This document shows, one piece after another, positions 55,049-64,000 of a stretch of DNA of 64,000 nucleotides. The translations under genes and the position numbers were made by a program. The notes below the pieces were generated by a model, which was not told the origin of the DNA, did no database searches, and worked only from the letters and a program-made list of their open reading frames with translations. The first letter of the stretch is position 1. Each line of letters starts with the position of its first letter. The stretch lies in the sequence record NC_031126.1. One strand, written 5' to 3'.

Positions 55049-56326
55049 ATGGCAAACTTTTCTCAACGTAAAATTGCCCGCGAGTCTATCGAGGGTTCCA
55101 ACCCGAACGAAATCGATGGCCTGAGCAATGTGGAACCGGGTGAAGAAAACCTGGATACCCAGCTGGCTGAAATGGCATCTGACGATGCACAGCTGGAACA
55201 ACTGGAAGGTGACGGCCAGACTCTGTCTGACGACATCGACCGTACCGAATCTGCTGTCTCTGCTGCCGACGAAGCTGAAGCTAACGGCGAAGAGCTGAGC
55301 GAAGAATCCATCGCACACACCGAAGTGGCACAGGAAAGCATCCGTCGTCGCTGGGGTATCGATGTTCCTCGCGTTGCGCGTGAATCCTTCCGTCGTGGCC
55401 GCGGCATGACCAAAGCTGCCGGTGAAGGCTGGAAAGACACGCTGAAAGATCTGTGGAAGCGTTTCATCGAGTTCTGCAAAACTGTGGTCAACAAGATCCG
55501 TGATGTAAAACTCAAATACCTGAACGTGGGTAAAACCGCGCAGGGCCGCGCCAAGAAATATCTTGAAGCGATCCGTAAGCTGGGTAAAAAAGAGAAAGAC
55601 AACATCTCTGGCGGCTTCATCAGCAAACTGTCCATTGATGGTAAATTCAACATCGACAGTTCTATCGCTGTAGCGAAAGACGTTGTTGGTGGTAAAGTTA
55701 AAGGTGCTATCAGCGCTATGGCTGCACAGGCCGACTCTACTGCGACCTACGTTGCTAAAACTGCTGACGGTGAAACTCAGGCGGCTACCTCTATCGGTGG
55801 TGGTAAAGTTGAGCTGTTCGGTACTACTGCTACCAAACTGCAAAACCTGCCACAGTTCGAAAACGGCGAAGGCCAGAAACTGATGGCTCTGCCAGGTAAC
55901 GCATACATCCAGTCTGGTTCTAAATCACTGGCTGGTGATGCTGAGTTCGTAGCGATCGCTTTCATGGCCACCGGTGATGCTACCGATGACAAAGAAATCG
56001 AAACTCCGGCTACCGGCAAACTGTCTGTTGCAGCTTCTGCGCTGGACACTATCGGTAAAGGCTTCGAGAAAGTCCTGCAAGACTTCCGTGCCTACGATAG
56101 CGGCGTTGAGAAACTGCTGAAAGCTGCTGAATCTGCTGCGGCCAAGTTCGACAAAGCGACTGAAGATTCTGACCGTCAGGTTCTGTCTGCGGCTCGTAGC
56201 GCAGCTGATCAGGCTGTTAAGAACTACCAGACTCTGCATCGCGCTGTTTCTTACACTGCGAACACCGTTATTACCGGCCTGAACGGTTACATCGGTGCTG
56301 GTATCGGCGCTTACAAGAAAGCCTAA
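55049..56326 (+). CDS. internal head protein, phiKZ gp93-97 / SPN3US gp53-54-type paralogue 1
   Basis: Acidic propeptide with ARE-S, AQE-S, ARE-S; amphipathic WKDTLKDLWKRFIEFCK helix; highly-expressed codon bias. Confidence 0.8.
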   Translation: MANFSQRKIARESIEGSNPNEIDGLSNVEPGEENLDTQLAEMASDDAQLEQLEGDGQTLSDDIDRTESAVSAADEAEANGEELSEESIAHTEVAQESIRRRWGIDVPRVARESFRRGRGMTKAAGEGWKDTLKDLWKRFIEFCKTVVNKIRDVKLKYLNVGKTAQGRAKKYLEAIRKLGKKEKDNISGGFISKLSIDGKFNIDSSIAVAKDVVGGKVKGAISAMAAQADSTATYVAKTADGETQAATSIGGGKVELFGTTATKLQNLPQFENGEGQKLMALPGNAYIQSGSKSLAGDAEFVAIAFMATGDATDDKEIETPATGKLSVAASALDTIGKGFEKVLQDFRAYDSGVEKLLKAAESAAAKFDKATEDSDRQVLSAARSAADQAVKNYQTLHRAVSYTANTVITGLNGYIGAGIGAYKKA

Positions 56327-56402
56327 TTCGCTTTCACGACTGTAAACCCGTTTCTTTTGATTAAAGGTGGGGCGCGGAGCCCCATCTAGAGGAAAGCTGA
56401 AA

Positions 56403-57671
56403 ATGGCAAACTTTTTGCAACGTAAACTGGCACGCGAATCCGTAGAAGGCACCGGCACTGTTGTTCCGGATGGCCTGGAACTGCCAGCTGAATCGGTAGA
56501 AGGCATTCTGGCCGAACTGGCCCAGGATGAGAAAGAGATTAACCAGAACGATAGCGAGCACGACGTTCTGACCGAAGATGCTAACGAAACTGACGCCCAG
56601 CTGGACGCGGTTGACGAAGCAGATGCGGCATCTCAGGGCACTGGCGAAGAAGGCGACGACGGCGAAGCGCCGATGGAAGCCGAAGAAGATATGCCTGACG
56701 AAGCAGCCGATGCGCTGGACGTCGCTCAGGAATCTATCCGTAAGCGCTGGGGCTTCGATCACCGTGTAAGTGTTGCTCAAGAAGCGTACGGTTCTCGTAA
56801 ACGTCGTCAGGTTGCCCGTGAATCCCTGTGGGATGACATCAAGGCATTCTTCCGCCGTATCTGGGAATGGCTGAAAGAGCAAGGTCGTAAAGTTAAAGAT
56901 CGCTGGCTGAAATTCAGCAACCAGGGTAAATCTATCCAGGCGCGTTCTAAGAAGTTTGATGCTGCTATCCGTAAACTCGGTAAGCAGAAAAAAGATACCG
57001 TTAGCGGTAGCTTCATCAAGCAACTGTCTGTTGCAGGCAAATTCGTTGGTAACGACGTAAGCGCACTGAACGCACAGCTGACCGCCACTGGTAAACTGGC
57101 CGATCTGCAAAAATCAGCTCTGGATACCGGCGCTGACATCGCTGACGCGGCTGCGAAAGAAGACACTGCTGCCATCGGTAGCCAGTACGGCGAATTCGTT
57201 CGCGGTAACGCTTCTACGCGCGATGAAGAATGCCTGGGTAGCAACAAGCTGCATTACGAAGTGGAAGGTACCGGCGCTGACACTGAGCTGACCGTAACCT
57301 ATATCCCTTCTGAATCCGAAGTTGAAGGCGATGTTAAAACTCCAACTCCGGCGCAGCTGTCTAGCCTGAACAGCTTCTACAACAAACTGGGTATCGAAGT
57401 TGAGAAACGCGTTAAAGCGTATCACAGCATCAACCAGGCGCGTGATAAGTACGAAAGCGCTGTTGAGAAACTGCTGAAGAAAATCGACGGCGTGAAGATC
57501 GACGAAAATGCGAAAATGGTACAGGCTACTCGTCTGTCCCGTAAGATGATCAGCAGCATGAACAGCGTTGTTAGCAACACTGAACGTGCCCTGACTTCTA
57601 TCGTGACCAACCTGGTGTCCGGTACTAACGGTTACATCGCGGCTGGTATCGCGGCGCACGAAAAAGCCTAA
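56403..57671 (+). CDS. internal head protein paralogue 2
   Basis: Same N-terminus (MANFLQRKLARES), repeated AxE-S/A sites, shared KFSNQGKSIQARSKK...FIKQLS block and NGYIxAGI C-terminus. Confidence 0.8.
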   Translation: MANFLQRKLARESVEGTGTVVPDGLELPAESVEGILAELAQDEKEINQNDSEHDVLTEDANETDAQLDAVDEADAASQGTGEEGDDGEAPMEAEEDMPDEAADALDVAQESIRKRWGFDHRVSVAQEAYGSRKRRQVARESLWDDIKAFFRRIWEWLKEQGRKVKDRWLKFSNQGKSIQARSKKFDAAIRKLGKQKKDTVSGSFIKQLSVAGKFVGNDVSALNAQLTATGKLADLQKSALDTGADIADAAAKEDTAAIGSQYGEFVRGNASTRDEECLGSNKLHYEVEGTGADTELTVTYIPSESEVEGDVKTPTPAQLSSLNSFYNKLGIEVEKRVKAYHSINQARDKYESAVEKLLKKIDGVKIDENAKMVQATRLSRKMISSMNSVVSNTERALTSIVTNLVSGTNGYIAAGIAAHEKA

Positions 57672-57687
57672 TCTCGGTTAGTGCTGG

Positions 57688-57727
57688 AATCCCCCTCTTC
57701 GGAGGGGGATTTTACTTTTCTTTTTTT
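57688..57727 (+). terminator. intrinsic terminator
   Basis: AATCCCCCTC-TTCG-GAGGGGGATT plus T-rich tail. Confidence 0.8.
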
Positions 57728-57752
57728 GTTCGAATAAAAAGAATCTCAGATA

Positions 57753-57768
57753 GATATTACCTTAGTGA
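57753..57768 (+). promoter_or_regulatory. putative early promoter
   Basis: GATATTACCTTAGTGA upstream of the 57833 operon. Confidence 0.65.
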
Positions 57769-57832
57769 CTAGACGCTCTAGTTTTTTACGTGAGCTGTTT
57801 AAACTTATGGTTAACCCGAAGGAGATTTCTTT

Positions 57833-58378
57833 ATGCGTTATTCTTTGATCGATCTAGCGTCTGTCGTTAGACAGACAATGCCTCAGTCTTTTGACCTTAT
57901 CTTTAAGTCCTCTTTACGAGGAATGACACATACTGTCCCAGATGCGATTATGGTGGCCATAGCCACTATCATCACCCAAGCATACCGTACCAGTACAGAA
58001 CATGTGCTAACGTACGGTGGTCGTCATGAATTTGTGTGCCCAGCACTGAACTACGACCAGTACCTGGAATTAAAGGCAGCCTGGCAATGGCTGACCAAAG
58101 AAGATTACACCATCTTCAACAAAGTACACAGTGCCGACTTCTCCAAGCAGGAATACTTCTGGCGTAAGAAGCAGGACCGTAGTTCTGCATTATTCGACGG
58201 ACGTGAGGTGTACATGATTGTCCCTGCCCGGTCTGAGAAAGTCGTGCGTGGTGAAATCTATATTCTCGAAACTCGCAACTGCGATAACCTGCTCGATGGG
58301 AAGGAAGCCGTGCGCTTACATCTCCCGCACAGTGACCTTGACATCACCCTGAAAACCCAACAGTTGAAGGAGGCGTAA
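57833..58378 (+). CDS. hypothetical protein (181 aa)
   Basis: AAGGAG SD. Confidence 0.8.
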   Translation: MRYSLIDLASVVRQTMPQSFDLIFKSSLRGMTHTVPDAIMVAIATIITQAYRTSTEHVLTYGGRHEFVCPALNYDQYLELKAAWQWLTKEDYTIFNKVHSADFSKQEYFWRKKQDRSSALFDGREVYMIVPARSEKVVRGEIYILETRNCDNLLDGKEAVRLHLPHSDLDITLKTQQLKEA

Positions 58379-58379
58379 A

Positions 58380-58730
58380 ATGGCTGATACAAATCAATAC
58401 TCCTTCTCAATGCCTGGCGGGATTCATTCCGTCAACATGGTAATGGGTGGCGAGCAACTCCAACTCGTCCCAGAGGATGTTACAGGGCTTCTGGAGTTCC
58501 TTAACGACCGCAATCGGATAGGTACGTACGCACTACGTCTGTCTAAGCCGTTTATCGGCAGTGGCATGTTTGCCGGTGTAAAGACCGAACACCTCGTGGT
58601 GGACGTCGAAGCGCGTACGGTAACCATCACCCTGATTACCAGCAGTCTCCAGCAGCACACCTACGGGCGTAAAGACCTGACGTTGTACTTGCGGGAATTG
58701 AACAAGATGATTCAGAAGGATAAAGAATGA
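58380..58730 (+). CDS. hypothetical protein (116 aa)
   Basis: AAGGAGG SD. Confidence 0.8.
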   Translation: MADTNQYSFSMPGGIHSVNMVMGGEQLQLVPEDVTGLLEFLNDRNRIGTYALRLSKPFIGSGMFAGVKTEHLVVDVEARTVTITLITSSLQQHTYGRKDLTLYLRELNKMIQKDKE

Positions 58731-59254
58731 AACTTTCCATTATTGCGGCAGTAGACCAGAACAACGCTATCGGTAAAGGCAACACATTACCGTGGAAACT
58801 CCCGGCAGATTTAGCCAACTTCAAAGCCTTGACCACAGGCAAGCTGATTATCATGGGACGTAGGACGTGGGAGTCACTCGGCTGCCGTCCTTTGCCTGAC
58901 CGGAAGACGCTGGTGATATCCCGCAACGCGAATGAAATGGAAGTGCCCGATGGCGTGCTTCTCGCCAAGAGCATTACCGAAGCCGTGAAGTTCACCACCA
59001 ATGCGGTTAACGACGAAGCGTTCCCGGAAGAAGTCTTCATCGTCGGTGGTGCTGAAATCTATCACCAGTTCATGCCACTTGCCGACAAGATTTACTTGTC
59101 GCGTATTGACCTGAAGGTAGAAGGTGCGGATGCCCATTTCCCAGAGATTGACCGGGATGTCTGGCAGATGAACTACCACACACGCAACTTGAAAGATGGG
59201 TTAAAGCACACCCTGGATTGGCATTATCAAATCTGGGGTAAAACGGGGGTTTAG
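58727..59254 (+). CDS. folA: dihydrofolate reductase
   Basis: IIAAVDQNNAIGKGNTLPWKLPADLANFK, IMGRRTWES, LPDRKTLVIS, FIVGGAEIY, ADAHFPEID. Confidence 0.97.
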   Translation: MKLSIIAAVDQNNAIGKGNTLPWKLPADLANFKALTTGKLIIMGRRTWESLGCRPLPDRKTLVISRNANEMEVPDGVLLAKSITEAVKFTTNAVNDEAFPEEVFIVGGAEIYHQFMPLADKIYLSRIDLKVEGADAHFPEIDRDVWQMNYHTRNLKDGLKHTLDWHYQIWGKTGV

Positions 59255-59255
59255 C

Positions 59256-59702
59256 ATGTGGGGAAAACAACCACCAGGCGGAAAGAAGACTGGTAACAGT
59301 TTACTGGATTTCTTTGACGATGCGATGACGATGCCTACTAAGAAGACCCAGCAGCCAGAGGGTATAGGTACGTTGCCGATGGGTATGGTCTACGATGCGC
59401 GTTGTGACATGAGCCCACACCAGTCAATTTCTGAACTGGAAGAAGAAGTCTTCGAGTATGAGAGGGTGCGTCTGGTAATACGCAGCGATATGTCGCAAAG
59501 TGTACCGAGTTATTGTTATCTGCACCACCGACGCGTAGCAGGCTCAATGAAGGTGGGTGATTTCTTAGCTCACCGTATGAACGTCCTGGGAGTTTCCTTA
59601 GACACGATTTGGGTGTTGCTCGGTACCGGTGAAATTATCCCACCGCGGGATAAGCGACTCCAGTTATTGAGCGTCAATCAGATACGACGTTCTTACAAAT
59701 AG
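59256..59702 (+). CDS. hypothetical protein (148 aa)
   Basis: ORF following DHFR, ending at a terminator. Confidence 0.7.
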   Translation: MWGKQPPGGKKTGNSLLDFFDDAMTMPTKKTQQPEGIGTLPMGMVYDARCDMSPHQSISELEEEVFEYERVRLVIRSDMSQSVPSYCYLHHRRVAGSMKVGDFLAHRMNVLGVSLDTIWVLLGTGEIIPPRDKRLQLLSVNQIRRSYK

Positions 59703-59727
59703 AGGCACACTTAACGTTCGAATGAAA

Positions 59728-59756
59728 CACGGGAGCTTCGGCTCCCTGTTTTTTTT
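59728..59756 (+). terminator. intrinsic terminator
   Basis: GGGAGC-TTCG-GCTCCC plus T-run. Confidence 0.85.
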
Positions 59757-59805
59757 GTGTTTTACGTTATCGCCCAGTGATATGTACACAACGAGGGACA
59801 AGCCA

Positions 59806-61326
59806 ATGCAACAGTATTACGAAGTACCATCATTGGACTTGACCGTGCGTAAGTCGGTGATTGACGGAGTTGTAGAGCGCGTATTGATGGAGTCGGGTAT
59901 CGAGAAACCGGACATTGTCTACGTGGACTCTTTCAACACAGCTCATCAGCCTGACTCCACCTTAGGTGAGGAAACCAACGTCGAGTATGCCGCCACTGAG
60001 CGTGTTTATATCGAAGTTGCTGATGAACGTGATGAGATGTCCCGCATTAACCGCAACGTCGGTATGGGCAACGAAATCCCGTTCTTCAAGAACGATACCG
60101 ACCAGGTGAAAGCATGGGCAGTCCGCTGCAAATACAAAGCCACGGTAACTTTCCGCCGTAATGCAGAGTCGCCTGACGAACTGCAACGCTGGATTAACCG
60201 TTTGAACAGTTTGATTGACATGGGCCGTTTTACCCTGGTCACCGAAGCAGAAGCCTTCTACTACATCCCGAAAGGTGTGTTGCGTCTGCTGAACGAAACG
60301 TACAAAGCTTCCGAAGAGCGTGTACCGAAGTTCGATAAGTTCGTCGATTACCTGAAAGCCTATTTCCACCCATCCGTTTTCGTCACCGGTAACGTCGGTG
60401 GTGGCCAAGCTACTATGGCCGTTCGTTGGTCTCCAGTGCGTATGGAAGTCGTTTACGACACCACACCGCCAACCTGGGACAAGGACGAGAACCACTACGA
60501 AGCTACGTTCACCGTCACGTTTGATTACGAGCGTCCGGAAGAGGTGGCCTGTGTCTATCCGTACATCATCAATCAGACTCCATTGCCTGATGAGTACCAG
60601 CCCCAGATTGACCCCCCGTGGATGGAGAACGAAGAACAAATCGAGCGCAGTCAACCGCAGAAAGAATTCGACGGGACGTGGTGGAGTAATGAAGCCACGC
60701 AGTTGATTATCCTGCCGTACTTGCTGTGCCCGAAAGAACAGTTCCACCGCACGCACACACCGATTGAGCGCATCACGCTGCCTATCTTTGGTACCGATGT
60801 CTGTTTCGGGGAAGAGAATATGTCGAGTCCTGTGATCTGCACCACAGAAGACTTGCCGTATGTCTGGAACCCGGTATTGTTGCCGTATATTGAACACTGT
60901 CGTGTGATTGACCCAACGGGACAACGTGGGGTCTTCCGTATGGAGCTGTTTGAGAATGGCGCACTCATCGAACCGAAGTTCTATCACTGGGAAGGGGAAG
61001 AGTTTTCTCTGAAAGGTCGGGAGATAGACGTCACGAAGAATTACTTCTTGACGGAGCGGGTGATTTACGATTGGCGTGGTCTGGACATGTTCCCACTGTG
61101 GCGATATCCGAAAGCAGCAGAACTGCTCATCAAGTGGTTATTCCCGAAATGGGATACACCAGACTGGTGGTGGGACTTACCGGTATTGCCACCGAGTGTG
61201 GTTGATGAAATTGAGAAACAGACCGTGTATCCGGAGAAAGGGTTGTACCTGACTATCTTCAACACGTCTATCCTGGCAATACGAGGTGTGAGCGATGCTA
61301 CAAGCGAAGGGGAAGGGGAACACTAA
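59806..61326 (+). CDS. virion structural protein (506 aa)
   Basis: ATG 59806 with GAGG SD; TATG late-promoter-like site at 59781. The ORF-track start at 59722 lies inside the terminator. Confidence 0.75.
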   Translation: MQQYYEVPSLDLTVRKSVIDGVVERVLMESGIEKPDIVYVDSFNTAHQPDSTLGEETNVEYAATERVYIEVADERDEMSRINRNVGMGNEIPFFKNDTDQVKAWAVRCKYKATVTFRRNAESPDELQRWINRLNSLIDMGRFTLVTEAEAFYYIPKGVLRLLNETYKASEERVPKFDKFVDYLKAYFHPSVFVTGNVGGGQATMAVRWSPVRMEVVYDTTPPTWDKDENHYEATFTVTFDYERPEEVACVYPYIINQTPLPDEYQPQIDPPWMENEEQIERSQPQKEFDGTWWSNEATQLIILPYLLCPKEQFHRTHTPIERITLPIFGTDVCFGEENMSSPVICTTEDLPYVWNPVLLPYIEHCRVIDPTGQRGVFRMELFENGALIEPKFYHWEGEEFSLKGREIDVTKNYFLTERVIYDWRGLDMFPLWRYPKAAELLIKWLFPKWDTPDWWWDLPVLPPSVVDEIEKQTVYPEKGLYLTIFNTSILAIRGVSDATSEGEGEH

Positions 61327-62620
61327 GTTTGTTCCCGTAGAGCCGGAAACCCCAGCTCTGAATCAACCCCAAGACGGGGTGAAAGAAAAGACCAACATCG
61401 TCACTAGCCCGGAACGCACCACCGTCATTGACATGGAGCGTGTGCCGAAGCTACAGCTATTGGCGGTAGTGGAAGGTTCATCCTGGCCGACGGAACGCTG
61501 GTATCGGTCGTTGAAAGGCAAGAACGACCCGAAGGTTTTGTTTGACCCGAAGGTCGATAACCCAAGTCAGCAGTTCGACTGTATCCGTAACCTCGAGTTG
61601 CGGGTAACGTCAGCGCTTGATCGTTCGCAGGAAGGGACGAACAAAACGTACAGCATGACCGGCGCAGCCACGGTGGTAAACTCGGTACCTGTGAATGAAG
61701 GTGACTTCTTCACTGCCTCTATCGGGGACGGTCGGTTCGGCCTGTTTACCATCACCGCTTCTAATCGGCCATCGAATAACAAAATCTCAACCTACACGGT
61801 CGAGTATGGCATGTTGTACGAGGTGACCCCGTTCCACCGTCAGGTGTTGGAAGCCTGTACGGTACGGACGTATTACTACATCAAGGAACGTGCGTTCACC
61901 GGCGGTGATACGTTACTGACCGAGAAAGAGTATCGTCGGTTCCTGGAACTGGGTGAGCGTATTGACAGCATTGAGGAAACCTACGTCAAGCGATTCTACA
62001 ATGCCGATGCGCAAACGTTACTGTATCCAAACGATGCCTGGGGTTACGCCTACGACGTCTTCCTGGCGGTTTTTGTAAAAGCCTTGGGGTTACGTCAGGT
62101 TGGGAAAGATATCCGTATCTACCCACACCAGAGGACGAATGTGAAGGACGTGGAAACGCTGTTCTCTCTCATCATCAAACAAGACCCGTTATTCTTGCAA
62201 GATGCCAACCGTCCTAATAAGCCGTTCCAGACACGGAGCTTCCGTACACTGCAAGTGGCGAACAATGTGGGATGGTCGAAGATTTTCGTCACCCGTTTCT
62301 TCCAGGCCGATATGCCGCTTAACCAGCAGCTGGGTAATTGGGAGCCGTTCACTGCTTTTGAACCGAAGCTATACCCACTGCTCGGCGCAGACGTCCCGCT
62401 CTTCAATCCGATTACCTACGACCCGTACATTCTCTCCACAGAGTTTTACAATGGCTCGTATAGCTCGGTGATTGAGTATGCCCTGCATCTGTATCTGAAC
62501 AAACAACCGTTAGACAGTGCCATTGCCGCCGAGTTAGGCGCGGAGGTACACAAGCTGCCACGCGACAGTCAATTCTATTACGTGCCGCTGGTCTACGTGC
62601 TGTTGAAGTACGCGAGGTAA
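61295..62620 (+). CDS. virion structural protein (441 aa)
   Basis: GAGGTG SD; beta-rich N-domain; late operon. Confidence 0.75.
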   Translation: MLQAKGKGNTKFVPVEPETPALNQPQDGVKEKTNIVTSPERTTVIDMERVPKLQLLAVVEGSSWPTERWYRSLKGKNDPKVLFDPKVDNPSQQFDCIRNLELRVTSALDRSQEGTNKTYSMTGAATVVNSVPVNEGDFFTASIGDGRFGLFTITASNRPSNNKISTYTVEYGMLYEVTPFHRQVLEACTVRTYYYIKERAFTGGDTLLTEKEYRRFLELGERIDSIEETYVKRFYNADAQTLLYPNDAWGYAYDVFLAVFVKALGLRQVGKDIRIYPHQRTNVKDVETLFSLIIKQDPLFLQDANRPNKPFQTRSFRTLQVANNVGWSKIFVTRFFQADMPLNQQLGNWEPFTAFEPKLYPLLGADVPLFNPITYDPYILSTEFYNGSYSSVIEYALHLYLNKQPLDSAIAAELGAEVHKLPRDSQFYYVPLVYVLLKYAR

Positions 62621-62622
62621 TC

Positions 62623-63165
62623 ATGCCACAGAAACGCAGTGCGGCGTTCTTCCTGTTCCATGCCTGGATTGGTTGGCGTGTTCCTGAATACGTCACCTTG
62701 ACACGCTATGCCCGCGAAGAACAAGGTCTCTTCTTGCCGGAAGACAAGGATAAGGCCAAGGCCATTTTGCTTAACAAGAAATTCGTCATGTACCGCCCAG
62801 CGGATATTGCCGAATACCTCGCCACCGGTGGGGCACTTGACATTAACGACCCGAACGATGCAATCAAAGTCTACGGGTGGATAATGGAGCATCTGTCCAA
62901 TTGGCTACATCATCTGGAGAACCCGCAGATGTTTTTGCGGCACCCTCCGATGGATGGCCTGCGTAAGTTTAACCGCTTGGCGAACCAACTGTTCCCAGTG
63001 GCTAACCGCTACGGCTATTTTAAGAAGCCAGAAATCACCATGTCGACTGCGTTACAGTCGTTGTTCACACCGAATGTCCGAGTAGAGCAAACCCGACATC
63101 GGTTCAATGACACGATAATGCGGAGACTGGAGATGGCTTATCGTCGTCTGGGAGGTAAGAAATGA
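62623..63165 (+). CDS. conserved hypothetical protein (180 aa)
   Basis: GAGG SD; late operon. Confidence 0.75.
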   Translation: MPQKRSAAFFLFHAWIGWRVPEYVTLTRYAREEQGLFLPEDKDKAKAILLNKKFVMYRPADIAEYLATGGALDINDPNDAIKVYGWIMEHLSNWLHHLENPQMFLRHPPMDGLRKFNRLANQLFPVANRYGYFKKPEITMSTALQSLFTPNVRVEQTRHRFNDTIMRRLEMAYRRLGGKK

Positions 63166-64000
63166 TTCCGCGTTTTCAGAAAATCGTGAATACGCATATC
63201 GCGCAAGCGATAGGAATGCCCGCCCTTAACTACGACGCCATTGTCACAGTCAAGGGCAAGCCTTTGACGGTCATCAAAGTTCACTCGGTGATTAACAGCG
63301 GTAACTTTGCGAACGACATGACGGGGTTGATTCACATGACCATCGTCTTGCCGTTAACCCAGCAACGTATCGCCACCTCACGCGCCGACGGCGACCTGCG
63401 CGTACAGTTGATAGTTCGTACCAGCAACAAACTGGTCGGTATCTTCCCGTACCGTGGTATCGCCATCAGTAACCGTGAGCAAGACATGGAAGCCCCAACC
63501 GCCTTTATGGGAGAAGCCGGGGATAAAGCCATCGCCATGGTCACGTTCGAGCTAATGGACGAATCCATGTGGTTCATGCGTACGGCTAACGTGCCAGTGA
63601 ACTTCCATGACACCGATGCCCTAACCGTAGCACGCACTATCCTCGCCAAAACCATGCCGTCCTCTGGGGCGGACAAAGGCGAAGTGCAATCATTGCAGTA
63701 TGAAGAAGAAGAGCAGCAGGGGTATCGTGATATCATCCTGCCCGATTCAACGACGTTCCTTGGAGTGTTCGATAAACTCCAGGAAAACTACGGCATTTAC
63801 AGCAAAGGGCTCGGGGTGTATCAGCATCTTCGACGTTGGTATCTTTTCCAGTTGTACGATATGGAGAAGTTCAATACCGCGAAAGAGAAACTGGTCATCA
63901 TGAACCTGCCACGCGAAATGTCAGCGCACATCGACAAAACCATCCACATCACACCGGGGGTACTCTATTTGATTACCGGTGGCGATAGCCGCACGCTATC
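63162..64000 (+). CDS. probable tail/baseplate hub protein (phiKZ gp101-like), truncated by window end
   Basis: GGAGG SD, ATGA coupling at 63162; open to the end of the window and absent from the ORF track. Product is a synteny inference. Confidence 0.65.
   Translation, partial: MIPRFQKIVNTHIAQAIGMPALNYDAIVTVKGKPLTVIKVHSVINSGNFANDMTGLIHMTIVLPLTQQRIATSRADGDLRVQLIVRTSNKLVGIFPYRGIAISNREQDMEAPTAFMGEAGDKAIAMVTFELMDESMWFMRTANVPVNFHDTDALTVARTILAKTMPSSGADKGEVQSLQYEEEEQQGYRDIILPDSTTFLGVFDKLQENYGIYSKGLGVYQHLRRWYLFQLYDMEKFNTAKEKLVIMNLPREMSAHIDKTIHITPGVLYLITGGDSRTL

Noticed and set aside
1-64000. CRISPR array, integrase/transposase, reverse transcriptase or retron, homing endonuclease
   Set aside because: No regularly spaced direct repeats and no catalytic motifs for these families were seen.

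Overview
This 64-kb window comes from a lytic, nucleus-forming jumbo myophage (Chimalliviridae, phiKZ-like). The taxonomy is inferred from protein motifs and from gene order that, from memory, matches the SPN3US/Asesino/phiEaH2-type enterobacterial phages; no database search was run. 1-5.3 kb is an accessory region: an Ntn-hydrolase (HslV/proteasome-beta-like) gene, TerB, 11 canonical tRNAs, about 8 interspersed non-canonical tRNA-like or CCA-ended RNAs, and a ~0.8-kb densely base-paired non-coding stretch. 5.4-12.5 kb holds small early hypothetical genes. 12.6-44.5 kb is the core block: split family-B DNA polymerase (two genes ~28 kb apart on opposite strands), chimallin, non-virion RNAP subunits (beta'N with NADFDGD, gp68-like, betaC, beta'C), SbcD-like nuclease, ChmC-like and PicA-like proteins, SF2 helicase, a T4 gp26/gp51-like gene pair and a virion RNAP beta' fragment. 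44.5-64 kb encodes head/ejection proteins with AxE-S maturation sites, baseplate proteins, DHFR and tail-associated genes. A 16-bp motif ([GT]AT[AG]TTA[TC]CnnnGTGA, 7 copies) precedes early genes. The strongest novel candidates are (i) a -1 ribosomal frameshift (U UUU UUC plus downstream hairpin) fusing the gp26-like ORF to a start-less gp51/tail-chaperone-like ORF, and (ii) a tRNA array interleaved with tRNA mimics, CCA-terminated hairpins and a large structured ncRNA. No CRISPR array, integrase, transposase, intron or PhuZ gene was recognised.
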